DNA of 64,000 bases, from the NCBI GenBank assembly GCA_012838475.1, contig DUPE01000195.1:15748-79747 (forward strand). Direction: 5' to 3'. The DNA comes from Clostridiaceae bacterium (GTDB lineage Bacteria; Bacillota; Clostridia; Saccharofermentanales; DTU023). The notes under the pieces were generated by a model. It was not told the origin of the DNA. It saw only the letters and a program-made list of their open reading frames with translations, and ran no database searches. The position numbers and the translations under genes were made by a program. This document shows, in pieces, positions 8,952-18,325 of the stretch. Every line of letters starts with the position of its first letter. The stretch's first letter is position 1.

Positions 8952-10769
8952 TTGAAACAGAATTGGGATGAGCCTCTTTTTGAAGTAAAATCTACGCGTG
9001 AACTGCTGCTTCTGCGGCCCACACGTTTTGCCATCTATATCTTCGCCTGCCTTTTTCCAATAGTCATGCAGGTATCGATGGCTTATGTTCTCTCCAATGT
9101 CTTGGGACTATTACAGCATTCAGGAGCCGCGGATTGGCGCCGAACTATTATTTGGGCAGCAGTTTTCGCTTTGGGAGCCCCTTTGCTGCAGCTTACTTCC
9201 AGGTATCTGCGTATTGGCTATATGCGGGATACATTGCTGGATCTGCGCAGACTGGTCTTCCAAAGAATACTATCCCTCTCTTATCAGACATTCAGCAGGA
9301 GGTCGCGGGACAGTTATGTTTCCAAGCTGACTAATGATATCAATCTGTTTGAGAAAGATTTTTTCCTCTCTCTCTTAAATGTGATTTTTGCTGTAGGTGC
9401 CGCCACTGTGTCACTCATTTTGATTCTGCTGGAAGACCTGGTTTTTGGAATCATTATCGCTATCTTAGCTGCCGCTTTGATGTTGATTGCGCGTCTCTTC
9501 AGGCAGCCGCTGGTGAATACTCGTGAAGCCATTATGCAGGAGAACGAACTCTTTTCACTCAAAATAGGAAATTTTTTCTCCGGTCTGGAGATTATTCGCC
9601 TGAATCGAGTGGAAGAACATTTTAAGGAGGATACTGACGCACAATCTCTGCAGTTGGAAGAAGCCAAATATAGAGGACGCTTTCTACAGCAACTGCAGGA
9701 GCTGGTTTTGTCTAAAACCAGTACATTGATGACCTTAGTCACTGTCGCTTACGTTGGCATTATGATGGCTCAAGGTAAGATGTCTCTGGCGATCGCCGCG
9801 CTCTTGCTGCAGCTGCAGGGTAATATCGCCTGGCCCCTGATAAGCCTATTTGATATGCGCAATCGACTAATCGCATCTAATAAAATCTTTCAGACATTAA
9901 TCGAGTCTCCCGGAGATGAAACAGTACTGGCAGAAAGAGAAGCAGCAAGCGCCAATGTAGAAGCAGCAGGTGCCAAAATACTTTTGAATAAGCAACAAGC
10001 AGTAATTGTTGAAGCTGAACGGAGAAGCACTCTGAACCTGCTCAGTCAAGATATCATCCTCACTGATCTGACTTATAAATTTGCAGATGCTCAAGAGCCT
10101 GTTCTAAGACAGGCTGATTTGCACTTGCAGGGTGGGGGCAAGTATCTGCTTAAAGGTGTTTCAGGATCCGGCAAGACTACTCTCCTTAATCTGCTGTCCG
10201 GCGCTTTCCGTGATTACGAAGGCGAAATTACTTACGGCGGGATATCATTTAGGGACATCGATGAAGAAAGCTTTAATGAAGGAACAGCACTGATTTTGCA
10301 AGACGTTTATTTGTTTGAGACCACTATCAGGGAGAACATCTGTTTGTTCAAAAAATACTCTGATATAGAAGTAGAACGGGCAGTTCAGATTGCCGGTTTG
10401 AGCGGATTGACAAAGCAGCTGCAACAGGGTCTGGATACCGAATTGACTGAGAACGGACACAATCTGTCCGGCGGTGAAAGACAGCGTATCTCTATAGCAA
10501 GAGCCATTATCAAGGGCTCACGTCTGCTCTTGGCAGATGAGATAACTTCAGCTATTGATCCTAACTTAGGCAGAGAAATAGAGCAGGGCATTCTCAATCT
10601 GCCCATGACGGTTGTCGCGATTTCCCATCGTTATTATGACGGGGTATCGGACCGGTATGATGGTGTGATTGAACTAAAGCAGGGTAAACTGGCTCTTTAT
10701 CCTTCGGACTATTATTTCAGCGGCAAGAGACACTGGCCAGAGGCAGGCCGGGAGGTGACAAATGTCTGA
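8952..10769 (+). CDS. ABC exporter half-transporter (fused permease + ATPase), subunit 1
   Basis: N-terminal 6-TM region. Walker A GVSGSGKTT, signature LSGGERQR, Walker B LLLADE. TTG start with a GGAGGGG RBS. Confidence 0.85.
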   Translation: MKQNWDEPLFEVKSTRELLLLRPTRFAIYIFACLFPIVMQVSMAYVLSNVLGLLQHSGAADWRRTIIWAAVFALGAPLLQLTSRYLRIGYMRDTLLDLRRLVFQRILSLSYQTFSRRSRDSYVSKLTNDINLFEKDFFLSLLNVIFAVGAATVSLILILLEDLVFGIIIAILAAALMLIARLFRQPLVNTREAIMQENELFSLKIGNFFSGLEIIRLNRVEEHFKEDTDAQSLQLEEAKYRGRFLQQLQELVLSKTSTLMTLVTVAYVGIMMAQGKMSLAIAALLLQLQGNIAWPLISLFDMRNRLIASNKIFQTLIESPGDETVLAEREAASANVEAAGAKILLNKQQAVIVEAERRSTLNLLSQDIILTDLTYKFADAQEPVLRQADLHLQGGGKYLLKGVSGSGKTTLLNLLSGAFRDYEGEITYGGISFRDIDEESFNEGTALILQDVYLFETTIRENICLFKKYSDIEVERAVQIAGLSGLTKQLQQGLDTELTENGHNLSGGERQRISIARAIIKGSRLLLADEITSAIDPNLGREIEQGILNLPMTVVAISHRYYDGVSDRYDGVIELKQGKLALYPSDYYFSGKRHWPEAGREVTNV

Positions 10770-12450
10770 TAAAGCGGCGGCAGTGGGAAGTAAGCGCCTT
10801 CGCCTACGGCATCGTGAAAAAAACATCGATTCCGAGCGTAGCGGCATACGTCAGCAGCGTCCGCAATTTGCCTTTGCCCTCTTACTCTTTGGTATCGTGA
10901 ACAGCCTTGATATGGCGATTAGTGTAATGCTGATGTTCCTGGTTGATCAGGCCCTAGCGGGCAATTACGCAGCTGCGCGTAATTCTTTGCTAGTGATAGT
11001 GATAATTTTTGTCCTGGTCATCCCGTTGGAGCTGCTGAATATTTTCGTATTTTCGCATTATATTAAATCCACTATGCTGGGCATGCGTACAAAATTTCTT
11101 CATAAGGTATTGAAATTGGATCTGCACAGCTTTAATCAACGGGGAAGCAGCGTTTTCTATTCGCACATAAGTAACGATTTCAATACTTTAGAATCTAATG
11201 ACATTGAAGCACGCTATCGAATAGCGACTCAGTTTATCCGTGCTTTCACCGCTCTGGCAGTCCTTGCCTATATTAATATCTTGATCCTGTTGCTCCTGCT
11301 GGTGGTGGCAGCGATCTTTCTTCTGGTGGCAAACGTAACAGGCAAAATGCTGCAAAAGCACGAAGAGGAACGCAGCAAGCTATTGCATGGCTATACTTCG
11401 TACATTCGGGAAATACTCACAGCCTTTCGATTGGTCAAGAGTAGCAATCTGGAAAAACGCAGCGCTGCTGAGTTTGGCCGCAAGAGTGCTTCCGTACAGC
11501 AGAAAGGCTATATCATAGATAAAGTGGCGACAAATATTGATTATGTCCTGAATTTATTCCTCTACAGCATCATTTTGGGAGCGATGCTGCTGGTGATTTA
11601 TCTGGCCGGTCTGGGCTATTTAAGTGCAGGTTATGTGGTTCTGGTAATCAACAGCATTGGTTCCATTATTCAGCCCTTAGCGGAAGCCATGGAGAGGATT
11701 CCGCTTTTTCAGGGTGCGAGGCAGATCTGGCGGAGCATTGATGAATCGTTGCAGCCTCTGGAGCAAGAGGTGGAAGAGACTGAGCCCTTCTCCTGCCTGG
11801 CTGAGAACATAGAATTTCGCGAGGTAAGCTTCGCCTATGAGGAGACGCCGGTGCTCAGAGGCCTTAATTTGAAGTTTGAGAAAGGCAGGAAGTACCTGTT
11901 GATAGGCCCTTCGGGCGGCGGTAAGTCTACGATATTGCGATTGCTGCGCAAATATATTTCTCCCGATACAGGGGAACTGCTGATAGACAATATCAATCTC
12001 GATACTATTCAGATTGAAGAATATTTGCGACAGATTGCCAATGTGGAACAGCATGTTTTCCTTTTTGAGGACAGTCTGAGGAATAATCTGACCTTGTATA
12101 AGGATTACAGTGAAGCGGAGATTGAAGGGGCAATTGAAGCAGCCGGTCTGAGTGGTTTTGTGGCCAAGCAGCCTTGTGGTCTGGAGCAGATGATTTTCGA
12201 TAACGGCAGGAATATCTCAGGCGGGGAGAAAGCCCGCATAGCTATTGCCCGCAGTCTGCTGCGTCAAAGCGATATTCTTTTGCTGGATGAAGCTTTTGCC
12301 AGTTTAGATGATGAGATAGCCAAGTCAATTGAAAAAAGACTGCTTGGGCTGGAGGGTGTCACTGTCATCCAGGTCAGTCATGTCGTTTTCCCCGAGACCA
12401 TTGAGCTCTATGACCATGTCTTTGAGATTGTCCAGGGCAACGCCCGCTGA
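10762..12450 (+). CDS. ABC exporter half-transporter (fused permease + ATPase), subunit 2
   Basis: Walker A GPSGGGKST, signature ISGGEKAR, Walker B ILLLDE. It overlaps the previous gene by 8 nt, which suggests translational coupling. Confidence 0.85.
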   Translation: MSDKAAAVGSKRLRLRHREKNIDSERSGIRQQRPQFAFALLLFGIVNSLDMAISVMLMFLVDQALAGNYAAARNSLLVIVIIFVLVIPLELLNIFVFSHYIKSTMLGMRTKFLHKVLKLDLHSFNQRGSSVFYSHISNDFNTLESNDIEARYRIATQFIRAFTALAVLAYINILILLLLLVVAAIFLLVANVTGKMLQKHEEERSKLLHGYTSYIREILTAFRLVKSSNLEKRSAAEFGRKSASVQQKGYIIDKVATNIDYVLNLFLYSIILGAMLLVIYLAGLGYLSAGYVVLVINSIGSIIQPLAEAMERIPLFQGARQIWRSIDESLQPLEQEVEETEPFSCLAENIEFREVSFAYEETPVLRGLNLKFEKGRKYLLIGPSGGGKSTILRLLRKYISPDTGELLIDNINLDTIQIEEYLRQIANVEQHVFLFEDSLRNNLTLYKDYSEAEIEGAIEAAGLSGFVAKQPCGLEQMIFDNGRNISGGEKARIAIARSLLRQSDILLLDEAFASLDDEIAKSIEKRLLGLEGVTVIQVSHVVFPETIELYDHVFEIVQGNAR

Positions 12451-12706
12451 TTTTACTGTGATTTCAGATCTGGTTTGTAGATTTAGTCTGTTCCTGATGT
12501 ATTGACTGCAATTTGAAATCTAGAGTATGGATTGCATGTGGAGGTGCCCGTTAAATGCATGTTAGCTTACTGCATGATTTGGGGCAAAAGCAGAATGTGC
12601 CAAATCTCGTCGATTCACAGAAAATTTACTCAACTAATACAGTTGAAGCATTACTATTTAATTAGACGATAATACTTAAATACATAAAACATTACGGAGG
12701 TATGAG

Positions 12707-13726
12707 ATGGAAGAGAAAGTCTTGAAACCAAAAACTGGTATGCTTGTGCTGATCATAGGCATTTTGCTTTATTTGTTGGCTCTTGCAGCAATTATTGGGG
12801 GAGCCATTCTGATCGAGGATGGCAATAATATTGGTGCCATGTCCCTGGTTTTCGGCATTGTGTGGTTTATGGCTGGCTGGATACCCTTCATGGGTCTTAA
12901 GATATTGAAGCCAAAAGAAGCTTTAGTTTTGACCTTGTTTGGTAAGTACACGGGAACGATAAGGGAGCCTGGTTTTTATTTCGTTAATCCCTTTTCTACG
13001 TCTTTCAATCCTGCAGCCAAGACTAAGCTGGGCCAGAGCGCTGATGTTAACAAGCAAAGTAGTAAATTGATAACTTCCTCAGAAGGCACACAGGTGGAGC
13101 TTACCTCAAAGAAGATTTCCCTCAAGATTATGACTCTGAATAACGCTAAGCAGAAGGTCAATGATGCTCTGGGCAATCCGGTGGAAGTGGGCATTGCTGT
13201 GATGTGGCGTGTTGTAGATACAGCAAAAGCTGTTTTTAATGTGGATAATTACATGGAATATCTATCACTTCAATGCGACAGTGCTTTAAGGAATGTAGTG
13301 CGTATCTATCCTTATGATGTGGCGGAAAACGTGGATACGACAGGAGACGGTGAGCCCGATGAAGGTAGTTTGCGTGGCTCCAGTCTGGAGGTGGCTAGCC
13401 GCATTAAGGGCGAGATACAAGAAAAGGTTGAATTTGCCGGCTTGGAAATTCTTGAAGCTCGTATTACTTATCTGGCTTATGCTCCGGAAATCGCCGCTGT
13501 CATGCTGCAGCGCCAGCAGGCCAGAGCTGTTGTCGATGCCCGTAAGCTTATTGTCGAAGGCGCTGTAGGCATGGTGGAGATGGCTATGGACAGACTGCAT
13601 GCAGATAATATCGTTGATCTGTCTGAAGACCGTAAAGCAGCCTTGGCCTCAAATCTTCTGGTTATCCTTTGCGGCAGCAGAGAAGCCAGCCCTGTTATCA
13701 ATACCGGCAGCAGCGTTGAGGGTTAA
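12707..13726 (+). CDS. SPFH/Band 7 domain membrane protein
   Basis: Two N-terminal TM helices followed by an SPFH-like core (ALVLTLFGKYTGTIREPGFYFVNPF...). GGAGG RBS. Confidence 0.75.
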   Translation: MEEKVLKPKTGMLVLIIGILLYLLALAAIIGGAILIEDGNNIGAMSLVFGIVWFMAGWIPFMGLKILKPKEALVLTLFGKYTGTIREPGFYFVNPFSTSFNPAAKTKLGQSADVNKQSSKLITSSEGTQVELTSKKISLKIMTLNNAKQKVNDALGNPVEVGIAVMWRVVDTAKAVFNVDNYMEYLSLQCDSALRNVVRIYPYDVAENVDTTGDGEPDEGSLRGSSLEVASRIKGEIQEKVEFAGLEILEARITYLAYAPEIAAVMLQRQQARAVVDARKLIVEGAVGMVEMAMDRLHADNIVDLSEDRKAALASNLLVILCGSREASPVINTGSSVEG

Positions 13727-13905
13727 TAAAATTACTTGTGGGTAAGAGTTTCAGCCTTTAGCCTGATGAACTACAAACATTATGCATAATTGTGTTTCGC
13801 TTTGAGTCGCAATCACAGGATTTGGTGCACATTAGCTAAGATTTGCTTAATTGATTGTTTTCAGGTAACATTTGTCGGGACCTTAATGGTTCAGATGAGG
13901 TTAAT

Positions 13906-15210
13906 GTGAATTCATATATTCTTGAGGGCGGTTGTCGCCTGCAGGGAAAAATTAAGATAAGCGGTTCTAAGAATGCTGCTCTGCCGATTTTGGCAGCGAC
14001 AGTTTTGCTGGACGGCAAATACCATGTTGAAAACATCCCCTTGATTGAAGATATTCTTACTTTACTGGACATACTTAGGTCTTTGGGTGCCGGCGTTGAG
14101 CTGCTTGCCGATGGTACCGTACTCATTGACAGCACAACCATCAATGTTACTGCCGCTACCACTGATGCGGTCAGCAAGCTGCGCGGTTCATATTATCTTC
14201 TGGGAGCATTGCTGGGAAGGTTTGGACATGCCTGTCTGAAAATGCCCGGAGGTTGTAATTTTGGCAGCAGACCGATAGATATGCATCTGAACGGTTTTCG
14301 CCAGTTGGGAGCCGAGATCGTCGTAGACGAAGATGTGGTGACCTGTTCGGCGGACCGTCTGCTCGGTAAAAACATCTTTATGGACATTGTCAGTGTAGGG
14401 GCGACAGTCAACCTGATTCTGGCCGCGGTAAAGGCCAGGGGTACTACTGTCATTTATAATGCAGCCAAAGAGCCGCATGTAGTCGATATGGCGAACTTTC
14501 TCAATGCCATGGGGGCAAGTATTCACGGTGCCGGTACAGATATTATCCGCATCAATGGTCGTCATACATTGAGGAGCAGTGGCAGTTACGCTATCATCCC
14601 TGATCAAATCGAAGCAGGGACCTATATGGCTATGACGGCACTGACAAGAGGAGATGCTGTCCTGGAGAATGTGATTCCCAGCCATTTGGAAGCAATTTCC
14701 GCTAAGCTGAGAGAGATGGGTGTAACCATTATTGCCGGTGAAGACAGTATCAGGGTCCTTATGGAGCCTGAACGTAAACTGGCAGCTACGAATTTTGTTA
14801 CCTCACCGCACCCAGGCTTTCCCACCGATATGCAGCCCCAGATTATGGTCTTGCTTACGCAGGCCGAAGGAACCGGCAAAGTTACGGAGAATGTCTGGAA
14901 CAATCGTTTTCAATATATTGATGATCTCCGCTCGTTGGGAGCTAAAATCGTAACAGAAGGTCGCTCTGCCTTTGTTACCGGTAAATCGGATCTTTTGGCC
15001 TCCACTATTAGAGCCCACGATCTGAGAGCAGGAGCTGCTATGGTAATGGCAGGTTTAGTAGCCGATGGCACTACGGAAATCACAAATGTCGATTTGATCG
15101 AGCGCGGCTATGAAAACTTCGTGGAGAAGATGAGCGGTTTGGGAGCCACGATTAAGAAACAACCGGCTACAGTATCTGAGGATGCCGCCGATATCAGTTC
15201 TGCAGTCTGA
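13906..15210 (+). CDS. murA: UDP-N-acetylglucosamine 1-carboxyvinyltransferase (MurA paralog 2)
   Basis: EGGCRLQGKIKISGSKNAAL, PGGCNFGSRPIDMH, FPTDMQPQ. I chose GTG 13906, which has a GAGGT RBS and the same start architecture as paralog 1. The ORF itself is open from 13855. Confidence 0.9.
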   Translation: MNSYILEGGCRLQGKIKISGSKNAALPILAATVLLDGKYHVENIPLIEDILTLLDILRSLGAGVELLADGTVLIDSTTINVTAATTDAVSKLRGSYYLLGALLGRFGHACLKMPGGCNFGSRPIDMHLNGFRQLGAEIVVDEDVVTCSADRLLGKNIFMDIVSVGATVNLILAAVKARGTTVIYNAAKEPHVVDMANFLNAMGASIHGAGTDIIRINGRHTLRSSGSYAIIPDQIEAGTYMAMTALTRGDAVLENVIPSHLEAISAKLREMGVTIIAGEDSIRVLMEPERKLAATNFVTSPHPGFPTDMQPQIMVLLTQAEGTGKVTENVWNNRFQYIDDLRSLGAKIVTEGRSAFVTGKSDLLASTIRAHDLRAGAAMVMAGLVADGTTEITNVDLIERGYENFVEKMSGLGATIKKQPATVSEDAADISSAV

Positions 15211-15355
15211 TTGGGCATTAGTTCTATTGAGTTCTCCAGTCTGATTGGATGGTGTTATGGCTTGACGCCATGTGACGGATATCACACTGATTCTATTGGG
15301 TTCTGCTGACCGATTTGATCTTAAGCGCGTTTTGGTTCTGCTACCGGATTTGATT
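15195..15355. repeat. Degenerate short tandem repeats that begin in the last codons of murA2 and re-copy its stop codon
   Basis: cagttctgcagtcTGAttggg (15195-15215) versus gagttctccagtcTGAttgga (15229-15249), 18/21 identical. Weaker copies lie at 15298-15320 and 15333-15355. A separate pair gaacaRMMgcgGRacggaaagcttRSc lies at 15382-15410 and 15443-15471. Confidence 0.6.
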
Positions 15356-15479
15356 ACCGTTCCCTGATAAGACTTGATGCCCGAACAAACAGCGGAACGG
15401 AAAGCTTGCAAAAAGTGTCCTCTGCGGCGGCAAGGATGACCCGGGAACAGCCGCGGGACGGAAAGCTTAGCGCCTTCAT

Positions 15480-15944
15480 ATGAAAATTTCTGTAATATCA
15501 CCTGGAAAAGTAAGAGAGAAGTGGCTGCGGGCCGGCCTTGATGAGTACGTCAAGAGGTTGAAGCGTTATTCATCAGTGGAATTAGTTGAAGTCGCTGATT
15601 CTCCTGATCAGCTCTCTCCTGCAGTTGCGAGGGTGCGCGAAGGCAAGGCTATCTTGTCCAGACTTAAAGATCGTTCTTATGTTATAGCGCTGGATCAAAG
15701 CGGCAGGAAACACAGTTCTGAAGAGCTGGCGCTGTTGCTGCCTAAGTGGTTTGAGCTGGGAGGAAGTGAGATCTCCTTTGTGATTGGCGGTGCTACCGGC
15801 CTCGATCCTGCCATTTTGGAGAGAGCGGATTATTCACTTTCTCTTTCGGATATGACTTTTACGCATCAGATGACCAGACTGATACTGTTGGAGCAGTGTT
15901 ATCGCGCTTTCCGCATCGCAAGCAACGAACCTTATCACAAATAA
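15480..15944 (+). CDS. rlmH: 23S rRNA (pseudouridine1915-N3)-methyltransferase RlmH
   Basis: 154 aa, SPOUT family. MKISVISPGKV...YVKRL...FVIGGATGL...LSLSDMTFTHQM is typical of RlmH. Confidence 0.85.
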   Translation: MKISVISPGKVREKWLRAGLDEYVKRLKRYSSVELVEVADSPDQLSPAVARVREGKAILSRLKDRSYVIALDQSGRKHSSEELALLLPKWFELGGSEISFVIGGATGLDPAILERADYSLSLSDMTFTHQMTRLILLEQCYRAFRIASNEPYHK

Positions 15945-15954
15945 ATAGTAATTC

Positions 15955-16109
15955 TTAGGCGTGATTAGCTGTGACAGAGGGTCTGCTTCTTGCTGTTAAC
16001 CGAAAGGCCGTATATTTCCAGGTGTAATTGGTTGTGACAGAGAACCTGCTTCTTTTCATTAAAAAACAGATCAGATGTTTCCAGACGTGATTAGGCACGA
16101 TAGACTGAG
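15955..16109. repeat. Degenerate tandem repeat of about 63 bp, about 2.5 copies
   Basis: gtgattagctgtgacagagggtctgcttcttgc (15961-) versus gtaattggttgtgacagagaacctgcttctttt (16024-), plus a partial third copy at 16081-16109. Confidence 0.6.
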
Positions 16110-16296
16110 TGCGGGGTGGATAATTACTCCCTTGGCTGTTATCATGGCGTGCTATAATCAAATTGAGATATACCAGAACTGATTACCGAAAATAGCAAAT
16201 GGATTAGTTTCTGGCATAAATGCATTATGCAGATTACTCTTTCTCTATGTCAGGCAAGATGTAGAGCTGGACGCATGTGGATAATTTGGAGGACAT

Positions 16297-17661
16297 ATGG
16301 AAACCTGTGCCATTATTTTGGCTGCTTCGGAAGACGACAGGATGCGCACAGCAGATACCAAGGTGATGCTTGCCGCTGCTGGCAAGCCTGTGGTCAGCTG
16401 GGTGAAAAAAGCGCTTGATCAGGCGGGCATCCATGATCAGATGTATATAGTCAGCTATAGACAGGAAAAGGTGCGCGAAGAACTGGGAGAATCTGTCGCT
16501 TTCGCTTTACAAGAAATCCCTCTGGGCACCGGTCACGCCGTGACTCAGGCAGAACCGTTTTTGTATGAGAGAAAAGGCGCTACTGTAGTCATGGCCGGAG
16601 ATACCCCTCTGGTAAGAGCAGAGACATTGTCAGGCCTGATTAGGAGCTTTGAACAGGGTAGTTGGGGAGCACTCGTCCTCACTGCGGAAGTTGAAGATCC
16701 TGCCGGATATGGGCGCATTGTCCGCAATGATGCTGGCGATCTGATCGCGATTGTGGAAGAGCTGGAAAGCGATGCGAAAACTAAAAAGATCTCAGAGGTA
16801 AACAGTGGTATTTATTGCTTTGATACTGAGCTTTTGTATCAGGCGATGAACCGGATTGAAGAACGGGAGGAGCAAGATTCGGGGCGCTTTCCTCTTACCG
16901 ATGTAATTGATATCTTGTCCAGACAGGGTGTTCGCGTTGGTACTCTAAGCATAGACCCTGTCGATTTTTTCAAGATTCGAAGTCGCCGCGACCTTTCTAT
17001 CGCTTCACGGGAATTAAATAATCGCGTTTTGGAGCGCATCATGAATGATGGCGTGACAATTCTGGATCCGCAGACAACCTGGGTGGACGATGATGTGGTC
17101 ATCGGTGAGGATACTATCATTTTGCCCGGATGTAGAATTCATAACAGTTGTGTGATTGGTAAGAACTGTACTATCGGTCCAAATACAAACTTAAGTTTCA
17201 CTTACATAGGCGACCATTCTACACTCACTCAGTCAGAAGCCAGGCAGGCCTCGATAGACAAGAACTGTCAGATCGGGCCCTGGGCTAATCTGACTGACGG
17301 GGCAGAGATTGCCGAGAATTGTGTTATTGGCAGCAATGTTGATATCAATAATTCGCGCCTGGGAGCTGACTGCCTGATTCATAATCAGGTTTCACTTAAT
17401 CAAGCGGAGCTGGGCGAAGGCGTGACTGTCGGCAGCCAGGTTTCTTTTGCTTATAATGAAGGCGATCTGGATAATAGAATCATTGTCGGCAATCATTGCT
17501 TCATCGGCAGCCAATCCTGTCTGATTGCTCCGGTTACGCTGGGAAATAACAGCTATGTGGCAGCGGGAACTGTTGTGACCAGAGATGTTCCCAAGAACGC
17601 TCTTGCCATTGGACGACAGACACCGGAGATCAAAGATAACTGGGTTCTGAGAAGGAGATAG
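16297..17661 (+). CDS. glmU: GlmU-like bifunctional UDP-GlcNAc pyrophosphorylase / GlcN-1-P acetyltransferase homolog with divergent catalytic motifs
   Basis: LGTGHAV, AGDTPL, GYGRIVRN and EVNSGIYCF are conserved, and a C-terminal left-handed beta-helix hexapeptide region is present. The N-terminal LAAGxGTRM motif reads LAASEDDRM. The gene sits in the syntenic position upstream of pth-mfd. Confidence 0.7.
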   Translation: METCAIILAASEDDRMRTADTKVMLAAAGKPVVSWVKKALDQAGIHDQMYIVSYRQEKVREELGESVAFALQEIPLGTGHAVTQAEPFLYERKGATVVMAGDTPLVRAETLSGLIRSFEQGSWGALVLTAEVEDPAGYGRIVRNDAGDLIAIVEELESDAKTKKISEVNSGIYCFDTELLYQAMNRIEEREEQDSGRFPLTDVIDILSRQGVRVGTLSIDPVDFFKIRSRRDLSIASRELNNRVLERIMNDGVTILDPQTTWVDDDVVIGEDTIILPGCRIHNSCVIGKNCTIGPNTNLSFTYIGDHSTLTQSEARQASIDKNCQIGPWANLTDGAEIAENCVIGSNVDINNSRLGADCLIHNQVSLNQAELGEGVTVGSQVSFAYNEGDLDNRIIVGNHCFIGSQSCLIAPVTLGNNSYVAAGTVVTRDVPKNALAIGRQTPEIKDNWVLRRR

Positions 17662-17663
17662 AA

Positions 17664-18299
17664 ATGTCCTGGTGGCAGCGAAAGATCAAGAGAAGGGACA
17701 GATCCCCGGAACGCAGGATTGACAGAGGGGATGACTCATCAGACCGCTGGTTAATAGTGGGTCTGGGTAATCCCGGCACACAATACGAGAAGAGCTGGCA
17801 CAATCTGGGTTTCATGGCTTTGGACATAATTGCGCAACGTAATGATATCAAGATGGGCCGTCTGCGTTTTCAAGGTATGACCGGAGAGGGAACGATCAAG
17901 GGGGAGTGTGTTATTTTGTTGAAGCCTCTTACCTACATGAATAACAGCGGACTAAGTGTGGCTGAGGCCGGCAGATTTTTTAAAGTTTTGCCGGAGAAAA
18001 TAGTTGTTTTGTATGACGATATCGACATCGATGTAGGCAGGATCAGACTACGCAGCCAAGGGAGTGCCGGCACTCACAAGGGTATGAAATCCATCATTTC
18101 TCATCTGGGTACTGAGGACTTTTGTCGTATTAAAATCGGTATGGGACCCAGACCGACTGGGGATATGGTAGATATTGTGCTGGCAGCCATCCCTTCCTCG
18201 CAAAGAAAGATTGTTGAAAAGGCGCTTCAAGATACCGCTTTATGTTTGGAAGCACTACTCAGCTCAGGACCGGAATTTGCTCAGAGCCTCTATAATTAA
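17664..18299 (+). CDS. pth: Peptidyl-tRNA hydrolase with a 28-aa basic N-terminal extension
   Basis: WLIVGLGNPGTQYEKSWHNLGF is the canonical Pth N-terminus. ATG 17664 has an AAGGAG RBS, and no in-frame start lies nearer the core. Confidence 0.9.
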   Translation: MSWWQRKIKRRDRSPERRIDRGDDSSDRWLIVGLGNPGTQYEKSWHNLGFMALDIIAQRNDIKMGRLRFQGMTGEGTIKGECVILLKPLTYMNNSGLSVAEAGRFFKVLPEKIVVLYDDIDIDVGRIRLRSQGSAGTHKGMKSIISHLGTEDFCRIKIGMGPRPTGDMVDIVLAAIPSSQRKIVEKALQDTALCLEALLSSGPEFAQSLYN

Positions 18300-18325
18300 A
18301 GGAATACGAGATTGCTTGATATACT

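Noticed and set aside
12533-12576. Three TGCATG palindromes within 45 bp upstream of the SPFH gene.
   Set aside because: A 6-mer recurring three times in AT-rich DNA is weak evidence. The spacing is irregular (23 and 15 bp) and I can assign no known regulator.
15055-16161. Intergenic - strand ORFs of 148 aa (15055..15501) and 68 aa (15955..16161).
   Set aside because: They span the degenerate repeat arrays flanking rlmH and overlap the murA2 end and the rlmH start. They have no RBS or homology.
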